Shown in pieces: positions 24,701 to 38,700 of a stretch of DNA of 64,000 nt. Location: NCBI RefSeq assembly GCF_009914755.1, contig NC_060943.1. One strand, written 5' to 3'. The first letter of the stretch is position 1. Each line of letters opens with the position of its first letter. Under the pieces are notes generated by a model. The model ran no database searches and was not told where the DNA came from. It saw nothing but the letters and a program-made list of their open reading frames with translations. Source of the DNA: the human T2T-CHM13v2.0 reference genome, Homo sapiens. The position numbers and the translations under genes were made by a program.

Positions 24701-25979
24701 AGAAAAGGAAATATCTTAGTATAAAAACTAGACAGAATCATTCTCAGAAACTGATCTGTGATGTGTGCTTTCAACTCACAGTTTAAATTTTCTTTTCATT
24801 CCGCAGTTTGGAAACACTCTGTTTGTAAAGTCTGCAAGTGGATATTTTGTCCTCTTTGAGACCTTCGTTGGAAACGGGTTTTTTTCATGAAATGCTAGAC
24901 AGAAGAATTCTCAGTAACTTCCTTGTTTTGTGTGTATTCAACTCACAGAGTTGAACGTTCCTTTAGACACAGCAGATTTGAAACACTCTTTTTGTGGAAT
25001 TTGCAAGTGGAGATTTCAAGCGCTTTTTGGTCAATTGCAGAAATGGAAATATCTTCGTTTCAAAACTAGACAGAATCATTCCCAGAAACTGCGTTGTGAT
25101 CTGGGCGTTCAACTCACAGAGTTTCACCTTTCTTTTCATTCAGCAATTTGGAAACACTCTGTTTGAAAAGTCAGCAAGTGGATATTTGGACCTCCTTGAG
25201 GAGTTCCTTGGAAACGGGATTTCCTCATTTAAGGCTAGACAGAAGAATTTTCAGTAACTTCCTCGTGTTGTGTGTATTCAACTGACAGAGTTGAACCTTC
25301 CTTCAGACAAAGCAGATTAGAAACACTCTTTTTGTGGAATTTGCAAGTGGAGATTTCAAACGCTTTGAGGCCAACGGTAGAAAAGGAAATATCTTCGTAT
25401 AAAAACTACACAGAATCTTTCCCATAAACTGCTTTGTCATGTGTGCGTTCAACTCACAGAGTTTAACCTTTCTGCTCATACAGCAGTTTGGAAACACTCT
25501 GTTTGTAAAGTCTGCAAGTGGATATTTTGACCTCTTTGACGCCGTCGTTGGAAACGGGATTTCTTCATATAACGCTAGACAGAAGAATTCTAAGTAAGTC
25601 CTTTGTGTTGTCTGTGTTCAACTCACAGATGTGTACGTTCCTTTAGGCAGAGCAGACTTGAAACACTCTTTTTTGTGGAATTTGCAAGTGGAGATTTCGA
25701 GCGCTTTCAGGTCAATGATAGAAAAGGAAATATCTTCGTATAAAAACAAGACAAAATCATTCCCAGAAACTGCGTAGTGATGTGTCTGTTTAACTAACAG
25801 AGTTTAACCTTTCTTTTCGTACAGCATTTTGGAAACACTCTGTTGGTAAAGTCTGCAAGTGGATATTTGGACCACTTAGGTGACTTCGTTGGAAAAGGGA
25901 TTTCTTCTTACAATGCTAGAGAGAAGAATTCTTAGTAACTTCTTTGTGTTGTGTGTATTCAACTGACAGAGTTGAGCAT

Positions 25980-28900
25980 TCCTTTAGACAGAGCAGACTT
26001 GAAACACTCTTTTTGTGGAATTTGCAATTAGAAATTTCAAGCGCTTTGAGGCCAAAGGCAGAAGAGGAAATATCTTCGTATAAAAACAAGTCAGAATCAT
26101 TCTCAGAAACTGCTTTATCATGTGTGCGTTCAACTCACGGAGTTTAACCTACCTTTTCATACAGCAGTTTGCAAACACTCTGTTTGTAAAGTCTGCAAGT
26201 AGATATTTGGACATCTTTGAGGCCTTCGTTGGAAACGGGTTTTATTCATGTAAGGCTAGACAGAAGATTTCTCAGTAACTTCTTTGTGTTGTGTGTATTC
26301 AACTGACAGAGTTGACCCTTCTTTTAGACAGAGCAGATTTGAAACACTCTTTTTGTGGAATTTGCAAGTGGAGATTTCAGACGCTTTGAGGTCAATGGTA
26401 GAAAAGGAAATTTCTTCGTATAAAAACTTGACAGAATGATTCTCAGAAACTGCTTCGTGATGTATGCGTTCAATTCAAAGAGTTTTACCTTTCTTTTCAT
26501 AGAGCACTTAGGAAACACTCTGTTTGTAAAGACTGCAAGTGGATATTCGGACCTCTATGAGGACTTCTTTGGAAAAGGGATTTCTTCATATAATGCTAGA
26601 CAGAGGAATTCTTAGTAACTTCTTTGTATTGTGTGTATTCAACTCACAGAGTTGAACCTTCTTTTAGATAGAGTAGATTTGAAACACACTTTTTGTGGAA
26701 TTTCCAATTGGAGATTTCAAGCGCTTTGTGGCCAATGGTAGAAAAGGAAAAATCTTCACATAAAAACTAGACAAAATCATTCCCAGAAACTGTGTAGTGA
26801 TGTGTATGTTTAACTCACAGAGTTTAACCTTTCTTTTCATAGAGCAGTTGGGAAACGCTCTGTTTGAAAAGTTTGCCTGTGGATATTTGGACCGCCATGA
26901 GGCGTTCTTTGGAAATGGTATTTCTTCATTTAAGGCTACACAGAAGAATTCTCAGTAACTTCCTTGTGTTGTGTGTATTCAGCTCACAGAGTTGAACCTT
27001 CTTTTAGATAGAGCAGATTTGAAAGACACTTTTTGGAGAATTTGCAAGTGGAGATTTCAAGCGCTTTGAGGCCAACGGTAGAAAAGGAAATATCTTCGAA
27101 TAAAAAGTAGACAGAATCATTCCCAGAAACTGCGTTTTGATGTGTGCGTTCACCTAACAGAGTTTAAACTTCCTTTTCATAGAGCAGTTGGGAAACGCTA
27201 TGTTTGTAAAGTCTGCAAGTGGATATTGGGAACTCTTTGAGGCCTTCATTGGGAATGGGGTTTCTTCATATAATGCTAGACAGAAGATTTCCCAGTAACT
27301 TCTTCCTGTTGTGTGTATTCAACTGACAACAGATGAACCTTCCTTTAGAGAGAGCAGATTTGAAACACTCTTTGTGTGGAATTTGCAAGTGGAGATTTCA
27401 GCCGCTTTAACGTCAATGGTAGAAAAGGAAATATCTTCGCATAAAAACTAGACAGAATCATTTTCAGAAACTGCTTTGTGATGTGTGCATTCAACTCACA
27501 GAGTTTAACCTTTGTTTTCATAGAGCCGTTTGGAAACACACAGTTTGTCAAATCTGTAATTCGATATTCGGACCTATTTGAGGCCTTCGTTGGAAACGGG
27601 ATTTCTTCATATAATGCTAGAAAGAAGAATTCTCAGTAACTTCCTTGGGTTGTGTGTAATCAACTCACAGAATAGAACGTTCCTTTAGATAGAGCAGATT
27701 TGAAACACTCTTTTTGTGGAATTTGCACGTGGAGATTTCAAGCGCTTTGTGGCCAATGGTAGAAAATGAAATATCTTCGTATAAAAAGTACACAGAATCA
27801 TTCTCAGAAACTACTTTCTGATGTGTGCATTCAACTCAAAGAGTTTAAACTTTCTTTTCATAGAGCAGTTTGGAAACAGTCTGTTTGTAAAGTCTGCAAG
27901 TGGATATTCGGACCTCTCTGGCGCCTTATTTTGAAACGGGGTTTCTCCATATAAGGCTAGACAGAAGAATTCTCAGTAACTTGTTTGTGTTGTGTGTGTT
28001 CAACTCACAGAGTTGAACCTTCCTTTAGACAGAGCAGATTAGAAACACTCTTTTTGTGGAATTTGCAAGTGGAGATTTCAAGCGCTTTCAAGGCAAAGAC
28101 AGAAAAGGAAATATCTTCGTATAAAAACTAGATAGATCATTCTCAGAAACTGCTTTGTGATGTGTGCGTTCAACTCACAGAGTTTCACTTATCTTTTCAT
28201 ACAGCAGTTTGGAAACACTCTGTTTGTAATGTCTGCAAGTGGATATTTTGACCTCTTTGAGGTCTTCGTTGGAAACGGGTTTTATTCATGTAAGGCTAGA
28301 CAGAAGAATTCTCAGTAACTTCTTTATATTGTGTGTATTCCACTAACAGAGTTGACCCTTCCTTTAGACAGAGCACATTTGAACCACTCTTTTTGTGGAA
28401 TTTGCAAGTGGAGATTTCAGACGCATTGAGGTCAATGGTAGAAAAGGAAATATCTTCGTATAAAAACTAGACAGAATGATTCTCAGAAACTGCTTCGTGA
28501 TGTGTGTGTTCAGTTCAAAGAGTTTTACCTTTCTTTTCATAGAGCAGTTAGGAAACACTCTGTTTGAACAGTCTGAAAGTTGATATCCTGATCTCTTTGA
28601 GGCCTTCGTTGGAAAAGGGATTTCTTCATATAATGCTAGACAGAGGAATTCTCAGTAACTTCTTTGTGTTGTGTGTACTCAAGTCACAGAGTTGAACGTT
28701 CCTTTAGACAGAGCAGACTTGAAACACTCTTTTTGTGGAATTTGCAATTGGAAATTTCAAGCGCTTTGAGGCCAAAGGCAGAAGAGGAAACATCTTCGTA
28801 TAAAAACAAGTCAGAATCATTCTCAGAAACTGATTTATCATGTGTGCGTTCAACTCACGGAGTTTAACCTACCTTTTCATACAGCAGTTTGGAAACACTC

Positions 28901-29700
28901 TGTTTGTAAAGTCTGCAAGTGGATATTTGGACTTCTTTGAGACCTTCGTTGGAAACGGGTTTTATTCATGTAAGGCTAGACAGAAGATTTCTCAGTAACT
29001 TCTTTGTGTTGTGCGTATTCAACTGACAGAGTTGACCCTTCTTTTAGACAGAGCAGATTTGAAACACTCTTTTTGTGGAATTTGCAAGTGGAGATTTCAG
29101 ACGCTTTGAGGTCAATGGTAGAAAAGGAAATTTCTTCGTATAAAAACTTGACAGAATGATTCTCAGAAACTGCTTCGTGATGTATGCGTTCAATTCAAAG
29201 AGTTTTACCTTTCTTTTCATAGAGCACTTAGGAAACACTCTGTTTGTAAAGACTGCAAGTGGATATTCGGACCTCTATGAGGCCTTCTTTGGAAAAGGGA
29301 TTTCTTCATATAATCCTAGACAGAGGAATTCTTAGTAACTTCTTTGTATTGTGTGTATTCAACTCACAGAGTTGAACCTTCTTTTAGATAGAGTAGATTT
29401 GAAACACACTTTTTGTGGAATTCCCAATTGGAGATTTCAAGCGCTTTGGGGCCAATGGTAGAAAAGGAAAAATCTTCACATAAAAACTAGACAAAATCAT
29501 TCCCAGAAACTGTGTAGTGATGTGTATGTTTAACTCACAGAGTTTAACATTTCTTTTCATAGAGCAGTTGGGAAACGCTCTGTTTGAAAAGTCTGCCTGT
29601 GGATATTTGGACCGCCATGAGGCGTTCTTTGAAAATGGTATTTCTTCATTTAAGGCTACACAGAAGAATTCTCAGTAACTTCCTTGTGTTGTGTGTATTC
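25980..29700 (+). repeat. 2720-bp (16-monomer) SF1 HOR: one full copy plus ~1 kb of a second
   Basis: 25981-26980 recurs almost identically at 28701-29700 (markers GGCAGAAGAGGAAA, AAAACAAGTCAGAATC, GACCGCCATGAGGCGTTCTTT). ORF-track twins 26324/29044 are offset by 2720. Confidence 0.85.
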
Positions 29701-32700
29701 AACTCACAGAGTTGAACGATCCTTTACACTGAGCAGACTTGAAACACTCTTTTTGTGGAATTTGCAAGTGGAGATTTCTGCCGCTTTGAGGTCAATGGTA
29801 GAAAAGGAAATATCTTCGTACAGAAACTAGACAGAATGATTCTCAGAAACTCCTTTGTTATGTGTGCGTTCAACTCACAGAGTTTAACCTTTCTTTTCAT
29901 AGAGCAGTTAGGAAACACTCTGTATGTAAAGTCTGCAAGTGGATATTGAGACCTCTTTGAGGCCTTCGTTGGAAACGGGAATTCATCATATTATGATAGA
30001 CAGAAGAATTCTCAGTAACTTCCTTGTGTTGTGTGCATTCAACTCACAGAGTTGAACGATCCTTTACACAGAGCAGATTAGAAACCCTCTTTTTGTGGAA
30101 TTTGCAAGTGGAGATTTCAAGCACTTTGAGGTCAATGGTAGAAAAGGAAATATCTTCGTATAAAAACTAGACAGAATCATTCCCACAAACTGCGTTGTGA
30201 TGTGTTCGTTACCTCACAGAGTTTAACCTTTCTTTTCATAGAGTAGTTAGGAAACACTCAGTTTGTAAAGCCTGCAAGTGGATATTCAGACCTCTTTGAG
30301 GCCTTCGTTGGAAACGGGATTTCTTCATATTATGCTAGACAGAAGAATTCTCAGTAACTTCCTTGAGTTGTCTGCATTCAACTCACAGAGTTGAACGATC
30401 CTTTACACAGAGCAGATTAGAAACACTCATTTTGTGAAATTTGCAAGTGGAGATTTCAGCCGCTTTGAGGTCAATGGTAGAAAAGGGAATATCTTCGTAT
30501 AAAAACTAGACAGAATGATTCTCAGAAACTCCTTTGTGATGTGTGCGTTGAACTCACAGAGTTTAAGCTTTCTTTTCATAGAGTAGTTAGGAAACACTCT
30601 GTTTGTAAAATCTGCAAGTGGATATTCAGACCTCTTTGAGGCCTTCGTTGGAAACGGCATTTCTTCATATTATGCTAGACAGAAGAATTCTCAGTAACTT
30701 CCTTGTGTTGTGTGCATTCAACTCACAGAGTTGAATGATCCTTTACACAGAGCAGATTAGAAACACTCTTTTTGAGGAATTTGCAAGTGGAGATTTCAGC
30801 CGCTTTGAGGTCAATGGTAGAAAAGGAAATATCTTCGTATAAAAACTAGACAGAATGATTCTCAGAAACTCCTTTGTGATGTGTGCGTTCAACTCACAGA
30901 GTTTAACCTTTCTTTTCATAGAGTAGTTAGGAAACACTCTGTAAAGTCTGCACGTGGGTATTATGACCTCTTTGAGGCCTTCGTTCGAAACGGGTTTTTT
31001 TCATGTATGGCTAGACAAAGAATTCTCAGTAACTTCTTGTGTTGTGTGTATTCAACTGACAGAGTTGAACTTTCATTTAGACAGATCAGATTTGAAACAC
31101 TGTTTTCGTGGAATTTGCAAGTGGAGGTTTCAAGCGCTTTGAGGCCAAAGGCAGAAAAGGAAATATCTTCCTATAAAAACCAGACAGAAGCATTCTCAAA
31201 AACTGCTCTGTGATGTGTGCGTTCAACTCTCAGAGTTTAATTTTCTTTTCATTCAGCAGTTTGTAAACACTCTGTTTGTAAAGTCTGCACGTGGATATTT
31301 TGACCACTTAGAGGCCTTCGTTGGAAACGAGTTTTTTTCATGTAAGGCTAGACAGAAGAATTCCCAGTAACTTCCTTGTGTTGTGTGCATTCAACTCACA
31401 CAGTTGAACGTTCCGTTAGACAGAGCAGATTTGAAACACTCTTTTTGTGCAATTTGCAAGTGGAGATTTCAAGCGCTTTAGGGTCAATGGCAGAAAAGGA
31501 AATATCTTCGTTTCAAAACTAGACAGAATCATTCCCACAAACTGCGTTGTGATGTGTTCGTTCAACTCACAGAGTTTAACCTTTCTTTTCATAGAGCAGT
31601 TAGGAAATACTCTGTTTGTAAAGTCTGCAAGTGGATATTCAGACCTCTTTGAGGCCTTCGTTGGAAACGGGATTTCTTCATATTCTGCTGGACAGAAGAA
31701 TTCCCACTAACTTCCTTGTGTTGTGTGCATTCAACTCACAGAGTTGAATGATCCTTCACAGAGAGCAGATTAGAAACACTCTTTTTATTGGAATTTGGAA
31801 GTGGAGATTTCAGCCGCTTTGAGGTCAATGGTAGAAAAGGAAATATCTTCGTATAAAAACTAGACAGAATGATTCTCAGAAACTCCTTTGTGATGTGTGC
31901 GTTCAACTCACAGAGTTTAACCTTTCTTTTCATAGAGTAGTTAGGAAACACTCTGTTTGTAAAGTTTACAAGTGGATATTCAGACCGCTTTGAGGCCTTC
32001 GTTGGAAACGGGATTTCCTCATATTATGCTGGACAGAAGAATTCTCAGTAACTTCCTTTTGCTGTGTGTATTCAACTCACATAGTTGAATGATCCGTTAC
32101 ACAGAGCAGATTAGAAACACACTTTTTGTGGATTTTGCAAGTGGAGATTTCAGCCGCTTTGAGGTCAATGGTAGAAAAGGATATATCTTCGTATAGAAAC
32201 TAGACAGAATGATTCTCAGAAACTACTTTGTGATGTGTGCGTTCAACTCACAGAGTTTAACCTTTCTTTTCCTAGAGTAGTTAGGAAACACTCTGTTTTT
32301 AAAGTCTGCAAGTGGATATTCAGACCTCTTTGAGGCCTTCGTTGGAAACGGGATTTCTTCATATTATGCTAGACAGAAGAATTCTCAGTAACTTCCTTGT
32401 GTTGTGTGCATTTAACTCACAGAGTTGAAAGATCCTTTACACAGAGCAGATTAGAAACACTCTTTTTGTGGAATTTGCAAGTGGAGATTTCAGCCGCTTT
32501 GAGGTCAATGGTAGAAAAGGATATATCTTCCTATAAAAATTAGACAGAATGATTCTCAGAAACTCCTTTGTGATGGGTGCTTTCAACTCACAGAGTTTAA
32601 CCTTTCTTTTCATAGAGCAGTTAGGAAACACTCTGTTTGTAAAGTCTGCAAGTGGATATTCAGACCTCTTAGAGGCCTTCGTTGGAAACGGGATTTCTTC

Positions 32701-35700
32701 ATATTATGCTAGACAGAAGAATTCTCAGTAACTTCCTTGTGTTGTGTGCATTCAACTCACAGAGTTGAACGATCCTTTACACAGAGCAGATTAGAAACAC
32801 TCTTTTTGTGGAATTTGCAAGTGGAGATTTCAGCCACTTTGAGGTCAATGGTAAAAAAGGAAATATCTTCGTATAAAAACTAGACAGAATGATTCTCAGA
32901 AACTGCTTTTTGATGTGTGCGTTCAACTCACAGAGTTTAACCTTTCTTTTAATAGAGCAATTAGGAAACACTCTGTTTCTAAAGTCTGCAAGTGGATATT
33001 CAGACCTGTTAGCGGCCTTCGTTGGAAACGGGATTTCTTCATATTTTGCTAGACAGAAGAATTCTCAGTAACTTCCTTGTGTTGTGTGCATTCAACTCAC
33101 AGAGTTGAACGATCCTTTACACAGAGCAGATTGGAAACACTCTTTTTGTGGAACTGCAAGAGGAGATTTCAGCCGCTTTGAGGTCAATGGTAGAAAAGGA
33201 AATATCTTCGTATAAAAACTAGACAGAAAGATTCTCAGAAACTCCTTTGTGATGTGTGCGTTCAACTCCCAGAGTTAAACCTTTCTTTTCATAGAGCAGT
33301 TAGGAAACACTCTGTTTGTAAAGTCTGCAAGTGGATATTCAGACCTCTTAGAGGCCTTCGTTGGAAACGGGATTTCTTCATACTCTAGACAGAAGAATTC
33401 TCAGTAACTTCCTTGTGTTGTGTGCTTTCAACTCACAGAGTTGAACGATCCTTTACACAGAGCAGATTAGAAACACTCTTTTTGTGGAATTTGCAAGTGG
33501 AGATTTCAGCCGCTTTGAGGTCAATGGTAGAAAAGGAAATATCTTCGTATAAAAACTAGACAGAATGATTCTCAGAAACTCCTTTGTGATGTGTGCTTTC
33601 AACTCACAGAGTTTAACCTTTCTTTTCATAGAGTAGTTAGGTAACACTCTGTTTGTGAAGTCTGCCAGTGGATATTCAGACCTCTTTGAGGCCTTCGTTG
33701 GAAACGGGATTTCTTCATATTATGCTGGACAGAAGAATTCTCAGCAACTTCCTTGTGTTGTGTGCATTCAGCTCGCAGAGTTGAAAGATCCTTTACACAG
33801 AGCAGATTGGAAACAATATTTTTGTGGATTTTGCAAGTGGAGATTTCAGCCGCTTTGAGGTCTATGGTAGAAAAGGAAATATCTTCGTATAAAAACTAGA
33901 CAGAATGATTCTCAGAAACTCCTTTGTTATGTGTGCGTTCAACTCACAGAGTTTAACCTTTCTTTTCATAGAGTAGTTAGGAAACACTCTGTTTGTGAAG
34001 TCTGCCAGTGGATATTCAGACCTCTTTGAGGCCTTCGTTGGAAACGGGGTTTCTTCATATTATGCTAGACAGAAGAATTCTCAGTAACTTCCTTGTGTTG
34101 TGTGCATTCAACTCACAGAGTTGAATGATCCTTTACACAGAGCAGATTAGAAACACTCTTTTTGTGGAATTTGCAAGTGGAGATTTCAGCCGCTTTGAGG
34201 TCAACGGTAGAAAAGGAAATATCTTCGTATAGAAATTAGACAGAATGATTCTCAGAAACTACTTTCTGATGTGTGCGTTCAACTCACAGAGTTTAAACTT
34301 TCTTTTCATAGAGCAGTTTGGAAACAGTCTGTTTGTAAAGTCTGCAAGTGGATATTCGGACCTCTCTGGCGCCTTATTTTGAAACGGGGTTTCTCCATAT
34401 AAGGCTAGACAGAAGAATTCTCAGTAACTTGTTTGTGTTGTGTGTGTTCAACTCACAGAGTTGAACCTTCCTTTAGACAGAGCAGATTAGAAACACTCTT
34501 TTTGTGGAATTTGCAAGTGGAGATTTCAAGCGCTTTCAAGCCAAAGGCAGAAAAGGAAATATCTTCGTATAAAAACTAGATAGATCATTCTCAGAAACTG
34601 CTTTGTGATGTGTGCGTTCAACTCACAGAGTTTCACTTATCTTTTCATACAGCAGTTTGGAAACACTCTGTTTGTAATGTCTGCAAGTGGATATTTTGAC
34701 CTCTTTGAGGTCTTCGTTGGAAACGGGTTTTATTCATGTAAGGCTAGACAGAAGAATTCTCAGTAACTTCTTTATATTGTGTGTATTCCACTGACAGAGT
34801 TGACCCTTCCTTTAGACAGAGCACATTTGAACCACTCTTTTTGTGGAATTTGCAAGTGGAGATTTCAGACGCATTGAGGTCAATGGTAGAAAAGGAAATA
34901 TCTTCGTATAAAAACTAGACAGAATGATTCTCAGAAACTGCTTCGTGATGTGTGTGTTCAGTTCAAAGAGTTTTACCTTTCTTTTCATAGAGCAGTTAGG
35001 AAACACTCTGTTTGAACAGTCTGAAAGTTGATATCCCGATCTCTTTGAGGCCTTCGTTGGAAAAGGGATTTCTTCATATAATGCTAGACAGAGGAATTCT
35101 CAGTAACTTCTTTGTGTTGTGTGTACTCAAGTCACAGAGTTGAACGTTCCTTTAGACAGAGCAGACTTGAAACACTCTTTTTGTGGAATTTGCAATTGGA
35201 AATTTCAAGCGCTTTGAGGCCAAAGGCAGAAGAGGAAACATCTTCGTATAAAAACAAGTCAGAATCATTCTCAGAAACTGATTTATCATGTGTGCGTTCA
35301 ACTCACGGAGTTTAACCTACCTTTTCATACAGCAGTTTGGAAACACTCTGTTTGTAAAGTCTGCAAGTGGATATTTGGACTTCTTTGAGACCATCGTTGG
35401 AAACGTGTTTTATTCATGTAAGGCTAGACAGAAGATTTCTCAGTAACTTCTTTGTGTTGTGCGTATTCAACTGACAGAGTTGACCCTTCTTTTAGACAGA
35501 GCAGATTTGAAACACTCTTTTTGTGGAATTTGCAAGTGGAGATTTCAGACGCTTTGAGGTCAATGGTAGAAAAGGAAATTTCTTCGTATAAAAACTTGAC
35601 AGAATGATTCTCAGAAACTGCTTCGTGATGTATGCGTTCAATTCAAAGAGTTTTACCTTTCTTTTCATAGAGCACTTAGGAAACACTCTGTTTGTAAAGA

Positions 35701-38700
35701 CTGCAAGTGGATATTCGGACCTCTATGAGGCCTTCTTTGGAAAAGGGATTTCTTCATATAATCCTAGACAGAGGAATTCTTAGTAACTTCTTTGTATTGT
35801 GTGTATTCAACTCACAGAGTTGAACCTTCTTTTAGATAGAGTAGATTTGAAACACACTTTTTGTGGAATTCCCAATTGGAGATTTCAAGCGCTTTGGGGC
35901 CAATGGTAGAAAAGGAAAAATCTTCACATAAAAACTAGACAAAATCATTCCCAGAAACTGTGTAGTGATGTGTATGTTTAACTCACAGAGTTTAACATTT
36001 CTTTTCATAGAGCAGTTGGGAAACGCTCTGTTTGAAAAGTCTGCCTGTGGATATTTGGACCGCCATGAGGCGTTCTTTGGAAATGGTATTTCTTCATTTA
36101 AGGCTACACAGAAGAATTCTCAGTAACTTCCTTGTGTTGTGTGTATTCAACTCACAGAGTTGAACGATCCTTTACACTGAGCAGACTTGAAACACTCTTT
36201 TTGTGGAATTTGCAAGTGGAGATTTCTGCCGCTTTGAGGTCAATGGTAGAAAAGGAAATATCTTCGTACAGAAACTAGACAGAATGATTCTCAGAAACTC
36301 CTTTGTTATGTGTGCGTTCAACTCACAGAGTTTAACCTTTCTTTTCATAGAGCAGTTAGGAAACACTCTGTATGTAAAGTCTGCAAGTGGATATTGAGAC
36401 CTCTTTGAGGCCTTCGTTGGAAACGGGAATTCTTCATATTATGCTAGACAGAAGAATTCTCAGTAACTTCCTTGTGTTGTGTGCATTCAACTCACAGAGT
36501 TGAACGATCCTTTACACAGAGCAGATTAGAAACCCTCTTTTTGTGGAATTTGCAAGTGGAGATTTCAAGCACTTTGAGGTCAATGGTAGAAAAGGAAATA
36601 TCTTCGTATAAAAACTAGACAGAATCATTCCCACAAACTGCGTTGTGATGTGTTCGTTACCTCACAGAGTTTAACCTTTCTTTTCATAGAGTAGTTAGGA
36701 AACACTCTGTTTGTAAAGCCTGCAAGTGGATATTCAGACCTCTTTGAGGCCTTCGTTGGAAACGGGATTTCTTCATATTATGCTAGACAGAAGAATTCTC
36801 AGTAACTTCCTTGTGTTGTGTGCATTCAACTCACAGAGTTGAATGATCCCTTACACAGAGCAGATTAGAAACACTCTTTTTGAGGAATTTGCAAGTGGAG
36901 ATTTCAGCCGCTTTGAGGTCAATGGTAGAAAAGGAAATATCTTCGTATAAAAACTAGACAGAATGATTCTCAGAAACTCCTTTGTGATGTGTGCGTTCAA
37001 CTCACAGAGTTTAACCTTTCTTTTCATAGAGTAGTTAGGAAACACTCTGTAAAGTCTGCACGTGGGTATTATGACCTCTTTGAGGCGTTCGTTCGAAACG
37101 GGTTTTTTTCATGTATGGCTAGACAAAGAATTCTCAGTAACTTCTTGTGTTGTGTGTATTCAACTGACAGAGTTGAACTTTCATTTAGACAGATCAGATT
37201 TGAAACACTGTTTTCGTGGAATTTGCAAGTGGAGGTTTCAAGCGCTTTGAAGCCAAAGGCAGAAAAGGAAATATCTTCCTATAAAAACCAGACAGAAACA
37301 TTCTCAAAAACTGCTCTGTGATGTGTGCGTTCAACTCTCAGAGTTTAATTTTCTTTTCATTCAGCAGTTTGTAAACACTCTGTTTGTAAAGTCTGCACGT
37401 GGATATTTTGACCACTTAGAGGCCTTCGTTGGAAACGAGTTTTTTTCATGTAAGGCTAGACAGAAGAATTCCCAGTAACTTCCTTGTGTTGTGTGCATTC
37501 AACTCACAGAGTTGAACGTTCCCTTAGACAGAGCAGATTTGAAACACTCTTTTTGTGCAATTTGCAAGTGGAGATTTCAAGCGCTTTAGGGTCAATGGCA
37601 GAAAAGGAAATATCTTCGTTTCAAAACTAGACAGAATCATTCCCACAAACTGCGTTGTGATGTGTTCGTTCAACTCACAGAGTTTAACCTTTCTTTTCAT
37701 AGAGCAGTTAGGAAACACTCTGTTTGTAAAGTCTGCAAGTGGATATTCAGACCTCTTTGAGGCCTTCGTTGGAAACGGGATTTCTTCATATACTGCTGGA
37801 CAGAAGAATTCCCAGTAACTTCCTTGTGTTGTGTGCATTCAACTCACAGAGTTGAACGATCCTTCACACAGAGCAGATTAGAAACACTCTTTTTATTGGA
37901 ATTTGCAAGTGGAGATTTCAGCCGCTTTGAGGTCAATGGTAGAAAAGGAAATATCTTCGTATAAAAACTAGACAGAATGATTCTCAGAAACTCCTTTGTG
38001 ATGTGTGCGTTCAACTCACAGAGTTTAACCTTTCTTTTCATAGAGTAGTTGGGAAACACTCTGTTTGTAAAGTTTACAAGTGGATATTCAGACCGCTTTG
38101 AGGCCTTCGTTGGAAACGGGATTTCCTCATATTATGCTGGACAGAAGAATTCTCAGTAACTTCCTTTTGCTGTGTGTATTCAACTCACATAGTTGAATGA
38201 TCGTTTACACAGAGCAGATTAGAAACACACTTTTTGTGGATTTTGCAAGTGGAGATTTCAGCCGCTTTGAGGTCAATGGTAGAAAAGGATATATCTTCGT
38301 ATAGAAACTAGACAGAATGATTCTCAGAAACTACTTTGTGATGTGTGCGTTCAACTCACAGAGTTTAACCTTTCTTTTCCTAGAGTAGTTAGGAAACACT
38401 CTGTTTGTAAAGTCTGCAAGTGGATATTCAGACCTCTTTGTGGCCTTCATTGGAAACGGGATTTCTTCATATTATGCTAGACAGAAGAATTCTCAGTAAC
38501 TTCCTTGTGTTGTGTGCATTCATATCACAGAGTTGAACGATCCTTTACGCAGAGCAGATTAGAAACACTCTTTTTGTGGAACTTGCAATTGGAGATTTCA
38601 GCCGCTTTGAGGTCAATGGTAGAAAAGGAAATATCTTTGTATAAAAACTAGACAGAATGATTCTCAGAAACTCATTTGTGATGTGTGCATTCAACTCACA

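Larger units (their letters stand above)
8866..25980 (+). repeat. Diverged dimeric alpha satellite, SF1 (J1/J2-like), relic HOR layer
   Basis: Alternating B-type (CTTCGTTGGAAACGGGATTTCTTCATATAATGCTAGACAGAAGAATTC) and A-type (GGCCAATGGTAGAAAAGGAAATATCTTCGTATAAAAACTAG) monomers, ~340 bp period, EcoRI site in most dimers, visible inter-dimer divergence. Confidence 0.92.
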
